A DNA stretch of 64,000 bases from an uncultured delta proteobacterium (GTDB lineage: Bacteria > Desulfobacterota > Binatia > Binatales > Binataceae): the NCBI GenBank assembly GCA_963724765.1, contig CAVRVY010000001.1:224001-288000 (forward strand), given 5' to 3'. A program made the position numbers and the translations under genes. Shown here in pieces: positions 39,644 through 48,152 of the stretch; position 1 is the stretch's first letter, and the number at the start of each line of letters is the position of its first letter. The notes beneath the pieces are model-generated. The model saw nothing but the letters and a program-made list of their open reading frames with translations. It was not told the DNA's origin and did no database searches.

Positions 39644-40086
39644 ATGGCCGTCAGCGTAAAGAAAGCCATTCTGTGGCGCAGGGAGGTCGAAGACAACCAC
39701 CCCGGGATGCTCGCCAATACCCTCCAACCACTTTCCGAAGCAGGCGCCGACCTGCAAGTGGTCATGGCCTATCGCTACCCGGGCGACCAGAACAAGGCCG
39801 CTATCGAGCTGCATCCGGTTTCCGGTAAGAAGTCCGCAGCAGCGGCGCAAACAGCGGGGCTCGCCCCCTCCGTCCATCTCCACCCTGCTGGTCGAAGGCG
39901 ACAATCGGCCGGGGCGGGGCCACGCGATCGCCAAAGCGGTCGGCGATGCGGGGGATCAACATGAGCTTCGTGATGGCGTTGGTGGTGGGCCGAAGGTACT
40001 CGGTGCTGCTCGGCTTCGAGAACGAGGCTGACGCAAGCAAGGCCGCAACCCTAATCAAAAGAGCCATGGCGAGTGGCAGGAAGTAG
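39644..40086 (+). pseudogene. ACT-domain protein with frameshifts
   Basis: EVEDNHPGMLA..L..L.EAGADL, then in other frames LLVEGDNRPG.GH.IA..GINMSF..VGR. Confidence 0.8.
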
Positions 40087-40218
40087 TCCCGCGCGTTCGG
40101 GGGAGCGAGGGAGTTCAGTAGATTGTTGCGGCTGGCGCAAGTCCTGTGGGTCGTGATCACTCCGTCCGGCCATCATCAGCGTCTCGTAATACTGAGAGTT
40201 CGAATCGGGAGTATATAC

Positions 40219-40749
40219 TTAACGCAATTTCTCGGCCTGACCGTTTTCCCTGACGCCCGCTTCGGATCGATTGGATTCTCTGGGAAAGCGCATGTAAACC
40301 CCGTGCTGTGTTATAGACCCAATGAAAGGGGCTTGATGTTTGAACACAAATCGGAAGATATCCGACAGGCGAGCCTTCAGAATGTCGGCCATTAGAGTCT
40401 TGTTCATGTTGCCGGAAGAAAAGGAGAATTGCTGAATTGCGTGCTTTTTGATCTGGTCAAGTTCCAGGGGCGTGTAGCGTTGCGCTTTATCCTTGGTCAA
40501 TATAATCCAGCATCGTTCTCCGACGAAAGGTAACCAAATTTCGTCATCAACACCTTCTGGGAATTTATCGCGAGGGAAATGGGCGAGATGCCTTTCGTAG
40601 TGAAGGCCCGCAGAATCTAGGACGTCATGAATGGGTCGGCAATCGCTGAAATTTTCGTCTAGATAATAGACGCTCGCATCACGCTGCCGCTGCCGCGCAC
40701 TGAGCTTCCCATCTGACTGCTTCTTCGATCTCTTTTGGCGTCCGCCCAT
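40219..40749 (-). CDS. VapC45-like PIN-domain toxin
   Basis: YYLDENF, DDEIWL..G...WIILTKD..RY..E; the stop codon lies inside the left IR. Confidence 0.85.
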   Translation of the reverse strand: MGGRQKRSKKQSDGKLSARQRQRDASVYYLDENFSDCRPIHDVLDSAGLHYERHLAHFPRDKFPEGVDDEIWLPFVGERCWIILTKDKAQRYTPLELDQIKKHAIQQFSFSSGNMNKTLMADILKARLSDIFRFVFKHQAPFIGSITQHGVYMRFPRESNRSEAGVRENGQAEKLR

Positions 40750-41389
40750 ACTCCTCTGCTAGGTCTTGGATGGATTCCCGCGCATTAAAGCGGGCGGCTA
40801 CCACGGCAGTAGCTATACCAGTGCGGTCGATAACCGAACGACCAAAAGCAATCGTCGGAGCTATGGAAATAATTTTCGGCTCATCTGTATTGATGTTGTA
40901 CACAAAAGGAAAAAACTTGCCGCCGGTCGCAGTCCATTTAATTCTCTGTAGATAAGTGTCTAAAACTTCTTTCATGATGATTTGACCGCCGTGCGTAAGA
41001 TTGATGATTACCTCATTCGTAGTAGCAATAAATAGGTTCATGCCATCCGTGCTAAGAGACGGCTCTAAGAGGGGATGTGGGGATGGTTGGATTTTGGCTA
41101 GCATTTCTAATGACTTACGCACCGCTAAAATCTGCATTTCGTGTGTTGTTCGAAGAGATTGCAGCACGTGACACTCCAGCAAATTTAAAAAAGAGAGTGT
41201 CGGCGGCTCATAGGTCGGTAGTGTTATCAGGGCGGTCGCGGGCGCGGACTTTTTTCCGATAGCCCAATACCGCAAGGTTTGATAGGGAACGCGGGCATAC
41301 CGCGCTGCGACCGCGAGACTATACGCCGGTGCGTCCAAGATTGGATGCTCCCCGTCGAACGGGCGCTTGAAAATTGACCTTGCCTCCAC
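40679..41389 (-). CDS. VapB45-like HTH plus DUF433 antitoxin
   Basis: AYS...AARY..VP..TLRYW, LSFLNLLE, I.P.IAFGR.VI..TGI.T....RF.A.ESI..LAEEY....IEEAVRW. Confidence 0.9.
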   Translation of the reverse strand: MEARSIFKRPFDGEHPILDAPAYSLAVAARYARVPYQTLRYWAIGKKSAPATALITLPTYEPPTLSFLNLLECHVLQSLRTTHEMQILAVRKSLEMLAKIQPSPHPLLEPSLSTDGMNLFIATTNEVIINLTHGGQIIMKEVLDTYLQRIKWTATGGKFFPFVYNINTDEPKIISIAPTIAFGRSVIDRTGIATAVVAARFNARESIQDLAEEYGRTPKEIEEAVRWEAQCAAAAA

Positions 41390-41408
41390 AGCCCTGATTG
41401 TATATCAT
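41380..41408 (+). promoter_or_regulatory. Candidate sigma-70 promoter for the tRNA-like gene
   Basis: TTGCCT-17 bp-TATCAT, 40 bp upstream of the tRNA. Confidence 0.4.
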
Positions 41409-41447
41409 TCTTCCCCTTCATTCAGTCAACCAAACCTTTATCGTTTT

Positions 41448-41535
41448 CGCGGCGTGCCGGAAATTGGCAGACGGACCGGTCTTGGATGTCGGCGGGCATA
41501 GTCTCGTGCGGGTTCGACTCCCGCCGCCGCGACCA
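41448..41535 (+). tRNA. Atypical class-II tRNA: Leu-like body with TGG (Pro) anticodon
   Basis: Folded by hand: 7-bp acceptor CGCGGCG/CGCCGCG + ACCA; D-arm CCG-GAAATTGGCAGA-CGG; anticodon arm CCGGT-CT TGG AT-GTCGG; 15-nt variable arm; T-arm GCGGG-TTCGACT-CCCGC. Confidence 0.85.
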
Positions 41536-41543
41536 TTTTTTAC

Positions 41544-41572
41544 TTGACACAAGTATCATGATAGAGTAGAGT
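41544..41572 (+). promoter_or_regulatory. Sigma-70 promoter of the transposase (likely leaderless mRNA)
   Basis: TTGACA-17 bp-TAGAGT ends 6 nt before ATG 41579; no Shine-Dalgarno; palindrome TATCATGATA in the spacer. Confidence 0.7.
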
Positions 41573-41578
41573 TACATC

Positions 41579-42610
41579 ATGGCAAAGGGGCAAAGAAAAG
41601 CGGGGTCTGATAAGTCGGCCATCGTGGCCGCGCTGCCAAAGGCCTGCGCTGATGAACCAGCGGCGGTCGAGTTCATCGAATCATTGCGGTGGGGCGTGAC
41701 GGGCCCGTGCTGCCTGCATTGCGGCGACACCGATGTTTACAAAATGACAGACCGCAAGACTGGCCAGCGCAACAGGCGCTTTCTGTGGAAGTGTAACGGC
41801 TGCCAGAAGCAATACACCGTTCGCGTTGGCACCGTGATGGAAGATAGCCGAATTCCGCTGCGCCATTGGGCATACGCGCTGTGGAAATCCTGTTCATCGA
41901 AGAAGGGCGTCAGCGCGTTGCAGATCAAGCGCGAGACCGGACTGACCTATAAATCGGCGCTGTTCATGATGCATCGCATCCGCTTCGGTATGGCCGAAGA
42001 TTGGACCGGGCAACCCAAGCTGAGCGGGACCGTGGAAGCCGATGAAACCTACGTCGGCGGCAAGCCGCGAAACAAGCATCCGCAAGGGCGACCGGGACCA
42101 CGAAAGGGTTGGCAGGATAAAAAGACTGCGGTGGCCGCATTAGTTGAGCGTGGTGGCAAGATCCGCTCATTCGTCACTGTGAACGTGACTGCCGCGAACG
42201 TGGGTAAGATTCTCCAAGAGAACGTAACAACGGATTCGCACCTGATGACTGACAGCTCTCCGATCTACCGCAGCGGAATCGGAAAGCCATTTGCGAGCCA
42301 CGGCATGACCGACCATTCCAAGGGCGAGTACGCGAAGCCGGATGGCACACACAGCAATACGGTTGAATCCGCCTTCTCATTGCTCAAGCGCGGCATCTAT
42401 GGAACTTTCCACAACGTCAGCCGCAAACATTTGCATCGTTACGTCGCCGAGTTTGATTTCCGCTGGAACGCGCGAAAAGTGGACGATGGCGAGCGATTGG
42501 CGCGCGCGATCCGAAGCGCGGAAGGTAAGCGGCTGCGGTACAAGGAACCATTGGCGACTTTGCCTCCGACCCCCGCACAAGGCAGACCATTTGAAACATT
42601 GCGCGGATAA
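41579..42610 (+). CDS. IS1595-family transposase
   Basis: Zn ribbon CLHC..CNGC, KKGVSALQI.R, GTVEADETYVGG, LMTD, HSNTVESAFSLLKR, YVAEFDFRWN. Confidence 0.96.
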   Translation: MAKGQRKAGSDKSAIVAALPKACADEPAAVEFIESLRWGVTGPCCLHCGDTDVYKMTDRKTGQRNRRFLWKCNGCQKQYTVRVGTVMEDSRIPLRHWAYALWKSCSSKKGVSALQIKRETGLTYKSALFMMHRIRFGMAEDWTGQPKLSGTVEADETYVGGKPRNKHPQGRPGPRKGWQDKKTAVAALVERGGKIRSFVTVNVTAANVGKILQENVTTDSHLMTDSSPIYRSGIGKPFASHGMTDHSKGEYAKPDGTHSNTVESAFSLLKRGIYGTFHNVSRKHLHRYVAEFDFRWNARKVDDGERLARAIRSAEGKRLRYKEPLATLPPTPAQGRPFETLRG

Positions 42611-42627
42611 GCTGTCGAGCCAACAGG

Positions 42628-45600
42628 ATGAGTAAGACAATCGACCAAGGCAAAGAAGAAATTGCGGCGCTCTGCCGATACTTCACTACTAACCGGCGGG
42701 AGTTTAACCCCGGAGCCAAAGAAGCCCACATCCGTCAAACATTGATCGACCCTTTCTTTGAAGCCCTAGGCTGGGATGTCCGTAACAAGACAATGGCTGC
42801 GCCTCAGTACCGGGAAGTCATTCCCGAGGACAGCCTAGACGTGGAAGGGCAACAAAAGGCCCCGGATTATACCTTCCGCGTCGGCACCTTGCCGAAGTTT
42901 TACGTCGAAGCCAAGAAGTGCGGTGTCAATATCGGTGCGGACTCGGGTCCGGCCTTCCAGCTTCGTCGATATGGATGGAGCGCCAAACTCGGGTTGTCCG
43001 TTCTCACCAACTTTGAGGAACTCGCCATTTACGATTGCACCGCCCGCCCGCGTCAGAGCGACAAAGCGAGCAATGCGAGAATCCAGTTCTTCCGCTACGA
43101 CGAATATCCCGACCGTTGGCGTGAATTGTGGGACCTGTTTTCCCGCGAAGCGGTCTGGTCCGGGGCGTTTGACCAGTACGTCGCGTCCAAGCGGAAACGT
43201 GGTACGTCCGAAGTAGATGCGGAGTTTTTGAAAGAAATGGAGAGCTGGCGGCTCGCGCTGGCCGGAAATATCGCCCTTCGAAACAAAAACCTGTCTTTGG
43301 ACGATCTGAACGCTGCAGTGCAACTCACGATTGACAGGGTGGTATTCCTTCGCATGGCGGAAGACCGAGGGCTAGAGCCTTACGAGCAACTTCTGAAGCT
43401 CTGCGAACGGCCCGGCATTTACCCGCGCTTCATTCGCGGTATATGCCGCAGGGCTGACCAAAAGTACAACTCTGGGCTGTTCCATTTCCAGAAGGAAAGC
43501 GGGGTATCCGAAGACCCCGACCGGATCACGCCGAAGCTGGCGACGGATGACAAGATTTTCAAGCCGATCCTTGAAAGCCTGTATTTCTCCCACGGCTCGC
43601 CCTATCACTTCGGTGTTCTACCCGTCGAAATCCTTGGAACCGTCTATGAACGGTTCTTGGGCAAGGTGATCCGGTTAACGGCAGGCCACCACGCAAGGAT
43701 TGAAGAAAAACCTGAAGTGCGCAAAGCCGGTGGCGTCTACTACACACCAGCTTACATTGTCGATTACATCGTCAAGCACACCGTCGCCGCGCAGATTGAA
43801 GGGCGAAGTCCCACACAACTGGCCGGGGAAAAGGACAGAGCGCCTTTCCGTGTCTTGGACATGGCTTGCGGAAGTGGATCGTTCCTGTTGAGTGCCTATC
43901 GGTGCCTTCTGGACTACTGCCTGAATTGGTACATCGAACACAAGCCGGACAACTTTAGGAAGGCCGTTTACAAGGACCCCCGCAACGGTCAATGGAGACT
44001 CAAGATAGAGGAAAAGAAACGGATTCTTACGACGCATATCTTCGGCGTGGACATCGACCTTCAGGCCGTGGAAGTATCTAAGCTGTCTCTGTTGCTGAAG
44101 GTGTTGGAAGGCGAAACGGATCAGAGTCTGTCTTTGAGCCAGCTTCCCTTTGGCGACCGCGCCCTGCCTAATCTGGCAGACAACATTAAGTGCGGCAATT
44201 CTCTAATCGGCCCGGATTATTTCACCGACAAGCTGTTTCTCGACCCCGAGGAAATGAAGCGGGTCAATCCGCTTGACTGGAAACAGCGCTTCCCCGATAC
44301 GATAAAGAGTGGAGGCTTTGATTGTATCATCGGCAACCCGCCGTACCTAAAAATTGAACATATTGTCGAAGGTGACCGGAAATATTTTTCGCTAGGCTTC
44401 GCCTCCTTCATGAAGAGATACGACACCTACGGGCTATTCGTCGAGCGTTCGCTTGTCCTTCTCAAGCCAAAGGGCCTGTTCGGCATGATTATTCCTTCGA
44501 CGATTTTGAACAACCTTAGCTTCAGCCAGCTTCGTAAGATGCTGGTCGAATTAACGTCCATCTCTTCGATAGTCAATTTGGGCGGAAAGGTCTTCCAAGG
44601 AGTAAACAACGATACCGTCATCTTGACTTTCGCAAAGGGAAAGGACCCCGTCGGCACAACGCAGATTCTCGACGTGCAGAAGTATGGTGGCGGGTTGGCA
44701 ACAGCGGCAGCTATCGGTACGAAGGATTTGTCTCGCGCGGCGGCGCCCCCGCAATATGTGTTTGAACTACGCATGTCGAAGGCGGCAGACTCCATCCTCG
44801 CTAAAATGCGCAGCGGCGGTCTGGCTCTTGGTGAAATCTGCTCATGCTTTCAAGGCTTCGTTACTGGGGGGAATGATGCCTACATTGTGGACTCAAAAAG
44901 TATCCGCGACGAAAACCTCGAAAAAGAGGTGTGCAAACCCGCTGTCTTTGGCGACCAAGTGTCCCGCTACGGCAGGCCGAGCCCCCAAGGATTCGTCATT
45001 TACCTGACCAGAGACAGCAATCTGGATGAATTTCCCAACATTAAGGCAAGGCTTGAACCTCACAAGGCCAACCTCAAAACGAAGCGAGAAGTGAAACTAG
45101 GAAGGCAGCCGTGGTACTCGCTGCACTGGCCTCGCGTTCAAGAAAATTTTGAACGTTCCCCGAAGATTTTGGTACAAGCAATAAGAAACTTAGCATTGAA
45201 AAGACGGATAATCGCCACGCTGGACTCTCGAGGTCTCTACGCCGATCACACGCTTAACGTGCTGTACACGGAGCATCAAGAATATGACATTATATTCGTG
45301 CTGGGTATTCTGAATTCCGCGCTTGTGAATTTCCTGTTCTCGAAGAAGTATATCGACATCAACATCAAAGGCGTGTATCTTACCGAGGCCCCCATTCCCA
45401 GAATTAACTTCTCTGCTCCTGCCGACAGAAAACGCCATGACCAAATGGTAACGCTGGTTAATTCGATACTCGGATTGCACAACGAAGTGGCCGAGACGAA
45501 GTCCGCCGCACAAAAGGCCATCCTTCAGCGCCAGATTGATTCGACGGACGCCGAGATCGACCGGCTCGTATATGATCTGTACGGCCTGACGGCTGAAGAG

Positions 45601-45657
45601 ATCGCGACAGTGGAAGGAGCAACCGCGAGCGTCAACCGAGTGAGCGTCCAAGAATGA
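42628..45657 (+). CDS. Type IIG (Eco57I-like) fused restriction endonuclease/N6-methyltransferase
   Basis: N-terminal PDY..VEAK nuclease; GVYYTP, LDMACGSGSFL, IFGVDID, IIGNPPY; TaqI-like C-terminus (LGILNS, EIDRLVYDLYGLT). Confidence 0.93.
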   Translation: MSKTIDQGKEEIAALCRYFTTNRREFNPGAKEAHIRQTLIDPFFEALGWDVRNKTMAAPQYREVIPEDSLDVEGQQKAPDYTFRVGTLPKFYVEAKKCGVNIGADSGPAFQLRRYGWSAKLGLSVLTNFEELAIYDCTARPRQSDKASNARIQFFRYDEYPDRWRELWDLFSREAVWSGAFDQYVASKRKRGTSEVDAEFLKEMESWRLALAGNIALRNKNLSLDDLNAAVQLTIDRVVFLRMAEDRGLEPYEQLLKLCERPGIYPRFIRGICRRADQKYNSGLFHFQKESGVSEDPDRITPKLATDDKIFKPILESLYFSHGSPYHFGVLPVEILGTVYERFLGKVIRLTAGHHARIEEKPEVRKAGGVYYTPAYIVDYIVKHTVAAQIEGRSPTQLAGEKDRAPFRVLDMACGSGSFLLSAYRCLLDYCLNWYIEHKPDNFRKAVYKDPRNGQWRLKIEEKKRILTTHIFGVDIDLQAVEVSKLSLLLKVLEGETDQSLSLSQLPFGDRALPNLADNIKCGNSLIGPDYFTDKLFLDPEEMKRVNPLDWKQRFPDTIKSGGFDCIIGNPPYLKIEHIVEGDRKYFSLGFASFMKRYDTYGLFVERSLVLLKPKGLFGMIIPSTILNNLSFSQLRKMLVELTSISSIVNLGGKVFQGVNNDTVILTFAKGKDPVGTTQILDVQKYGGGLATAAAIGTKDLSRAAAPPQYVFELRMSKAADSILAKMRSGGLALGEICSCFQGFVTGGNDAYIVDSKSIRDENLEKEVCKPAVFGDQVSRYGRPSPQGFVIYLTRDSNLDEFPNIKARLEPHKANLKTKREVKLGRQPWYSLHWPRVQENFERSPKILVQAIRNLALKRRIIATLDSRGLYADHTLNVLYTEHQEYDIIFVLGILNSALVNFLFSKKYIDINIKGVYLTEAPIPRINFSAPADRKRHDQMVTLVNSILGLHNEVAETKSAAQKAILQRQIDSTDAEIDRLVYDLYGLTAEEIATVEGATASVNRVSVQE

Positions 45658-45806
45658 CCAAGAAGCAGAAGACCGAGCGAAAGCCTCCCGGCCCCGCACC
45701 CGAAGTGCTGAAAATCGAGGGCGACTGGAAAGACGCCATGAAACAGCTGATTTCCAAGAAGCGCCCAGTCGGTGGTCGGCCCAAGATCGAAAAGAAACGC
45801 GGCTGA
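45654..45806 (+). CDS. Small basic protein (50 aa)
   Basis: Manual translation MTKKQKTERKPPGPAPEVLKIEGDWKDAMKQLISKKRPVGGRPKIEKKRG; ATGA overlap with the RM gene. Confidence 0.65.
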   Translation: MTKKQKTERKPPGPAPEVLKIEGDWKDAMKQLISKKRPVGGRPKIEKKRG

Positions 45807-45837
45807 ACGATCGTCCCCAACACAGGAGGCACGAACG

Positions 45838-46011
45838 ATGGCCAAGGTAGCCTCGTATCATACGAACTCGATGGAGTATCCGCCCAGCCACCGGAACGTT
45901 TACCACGATCACGACGATTGCCCATATGGGAAGCGCATTAAGCCACAACACCTCATTCGCAACTCGACCGGGGGCAAGCCGCGCTGCGATGAGTGCATCA
46001 AGCTGGGCTAA
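45838..46011 (+). CDS. Small putative metal-binding protein (57 aa)
   Basis: RBS AGGAGG; VYHDHDDCPYG...CDEC. Confidence 0.7.
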   Translation: MAKVASYHTNSMEYPPSHRNVYHDHDDCPYGKRIKPQHLIRNSTGGKPRCDECIKLG

Positions 46012-46373
46012 TTGCGTGCTCTAAATACGATTTCCCAATGCGGTCCGTTCGGCTCGTTGCCGTCCAGTATGGACCAGATGCGCCGCAGGAACAGGATCGG
46101 CAGCCCGTAGGCTAGGCAGACACCGACAGCGCGCCAGCCCGCTTCGGGCGTTCCGTAAAACCTGACGCTCGGCTCTGGGTAGGAGTGCCCCGGGCCGCCT
46201 TCGCAGGACTCGAACGTTTCGATCCCTTCGGCTTGGAGCCGTTCGACGGCTTTGCGGATGCCGGGATCTAGCCCTCGAAGGTCGCCGTTCAGCCATGCCG
46301 GTGGATGCTGATCTGTAGGCAGCGGCGACGCTTTCCAAAGCTTACCGCGTTTCGATTTCTTGTTTTTCGACAT
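46008..46373 (-). CDS. Hypothetical protein with D-x2-I...G-I-E-T-x2-S-C-E-G-x3-H motif
   Basis: LDPGIRKAVERLQAEGIETFESCEGGPGHSYPEP.V.F; lies just inside the right IR. Confidence 0.7.
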   Translation of the reverse strand: MSKNKKSKRGKLWKASPLPTDQHPPAWLNGDLRGLDPGIRKAVERLQAEGIETFESCEGGPGHSYPEPSVRFYGTPEAGWRAVGVCLAYGLPILFLRRIWSILDGNEPNGPHWEIVFRARN

Positions 46374-46454
46374 CGGAGATTCAATTAGGCCGACTTAACG
46401 ATGTATTAGTGAGACTTTCGGGGATTGCGTTAAGTACATACTCCCGGTTAGAAT

Positions 46455-46605
46455 TCATCCCGCTCCGCCACGCAGTCCCAGATTTGATGATTCTCCGGGC
46501 ATAACCGCAAAAAGCGCGCGTGTGGGGGGGGCGATGCGCCCGCCCACCGACACCGGAGAGAGCTCAGATGTCGAATTATGCCGCGTCGCTTCGATTTTCT
46601 CTCTG
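46455..46605 (+). repeat. tRNA 3'-end-like terminal module; diverged inverted copy at 60410-60567
   Basis: Shared blocks CGCTCCGCCA, AGTCCC.GATTT, TCTCCGG, ACCGGAGA, GCCGCG, TTTCTCT in the same order. Confidence 0.6.
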
Positions 46606-47090
46606 TAGGCGAGGAATTCGGTGCCGATGCCCTGGGTGAACACATTACACGATAGAAATCTGCGGACATCGCGAGCGGTGAATTTCATGACGCCAAGCGC
46701 CCTGCGCGGGCATCCGCGCATGGATTTGCAGCTGCGGCCGCTTGCCGCAACTGAGGCAACAGCAGCTAATGGCGAAGAGTGACGACTTCCAGTTCCGGGT
46801 CCACCCGGTTCCGGAGCCGGCAGGTCAGCAAAAGAACCGATCGCAGACATGAGCGCGGTGGAGTCCCGCCAGAAGCCGGGACTGGCGTGCAATCAGTTGG
46901 ACAGGTCGGAAATTCGGCGCATCCTTGCTCAGGGAGAGCTCGTTCGAACGTGTTTATAGGAAGCCGTATACGCCTCGAGGATTCGGCGCAGGCGCAATTC
47001 GCCGAACACGGTGAAGTGATGCAGGCACTCTCGGTTACATTTAGGTAACAAAGCAACCTTCCTCAAAGGAGAGGACACGCATATGCCCCT

Positions 47091-47360
47091 GAAAAGAGCG
47101 AGGTCATCCGACTCATCCAAGAAGCCATCGATATCCGCAAAGATACGCTGCACTCTCACACCACAAGGCCAGAAGAACCAAATCAAAAGAGGCAAAAGCG
47201 GGCGAAGGGTCCAAGAAGTGGATATTCAAATCAAGACTGAGGACGTTGATCTCTTCGATGTCGATGAAGATGGGAATCTATCCTTCACGCTCGCCATCAC
47301 ACAACTCGACGACATACCCGAAAAGAGCGAGGTCATCCGACTCGTCCAAGAAGCCATCGA
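47091..47360 (+). repeat. 41-bp direct repeat pair (47091-47131, 47320-47360) within a probably frameshifted ORF
   Basis: GAAAAGAGCGAGGTCATCCGACTC(A/G)TCCAAGAAGCCATCGA; one frame encodes EKSEVIRL(I/V)QEAI. Confidence 0.85.
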
Positions 47361-47413
47361 AAAAAAGAAGAGTACGACGGCGCTGCAGTCGCGGGACGAC
47401 GAGTAGCTTCGCC

Positions 47414-47845
47414 ATGCTCGCAGGACAACTCGCACTCATTGCCGCCGCGCTGTTTGCCGGAGCGGCCGTCTACATAAACGTCGCGGAACAACCCGCCCGC
47501 CTAGATCTCGGCGATGGCGCGCTCCTGACCGAATGGAAATCCGCCTATAAGCGTGGCTTTGCCATGCAGGCACCGTTGGTCCTCGTCGGGTTTCTCTTGG
47601 GTTTAATGGCGTGGTGGCAGATGAAAGATTGGCGCTGGTTTTTCGGCGCTGTTGCCCTTGCTGCCAACTGGCCCTACACGCTCTTCGCCATCATGCCGAC
47701 CAACAACCAGCTCAAGGCCATTAACTCGGCGAGTGCAGGATCGACGAGCCGCACGCTAGTTGAAAAATGGGGCAGGTTGCACGCCGTACGTTCCGTGCTC
47801 GGCTTTGCCGCGACGCTCATTTTCCTTTGGGCGTCGATGAGCTGA
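47414..47845 (+). CDS. DUF1772 / anthrone-oxygenase-like membrane protein
   Basis: ALFAGAAVYINVAEQPARL..W..AYKRG..MQAPL..WPYTL..IMPTN..W..LHAVRS.LG. Confidence 0.88.
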   Translation: MLAGQLALIAAALFAGAAVYINVAEQPARLDLGDGALLTEWKSAYKRGFAMQAPLVLVGFLLGLMAWWQMKDWRWFFGAVALAANWPYTLFAIMPTNNQLKAINSASAGSTSRTLVEKWGRLHAVRSVLGFAATLIFLWASMS

Positions 47846-48152
47846 ACCCCTCACGATTTTGCGACGCACCGTCAGGCGAAGGGGCGGCTTCTGACCGTGC
47901 TCAGGAGGAATCGACGACATCAATCCCGAACTCGCGCACTTCGGCCTCCGAGCGTCTCGGGAAAAGCTCGAAGTCGGGCCGACGAAATTTCTCCCATCGC
48001 GTCGACCGGATGGATTCGCGTAAAGCCGAGCCGGCGCCTGCACGAGCAGGAGCTAATTCAGGAACGCAACCACCGCGCGTTCTAGTAGCCCACCCGCAAC
48101 CTTCCGTCACACTGGACGAAGTTTTCGGTAGCCACAGGCAGTCAATAACCTG

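Larger units (their letters stand above)
40206..46446 (+). mobile_element. IS1595-family cargo transposon (6241 bp)
   Basis: IRL CGGGAGTATATACTTAACGCAAT vs IRR reverse complement CGGGAGTATGTACTTAACGCAAT (22/23). Flanks GTTCGAAT (40198-40205) and GTTAGAAT (46447-46454) form a 7/8 TSD. Contains an IS1595 transposase. Confidence 0.93.

Noticed and set aside
41448-41535. Selenocysteine tRNA or 8/4-9/3 allo-tRNA
   Set aside because: It folds as a canonical 7/5 structure and the anticodon is TGG, not TCA.
47091-47360. 41-bp direct repeat as a CRISPR array
   Set aside because: Only two copies, 188 bp apart, in coding-like sequence, and no cas genes in the window.
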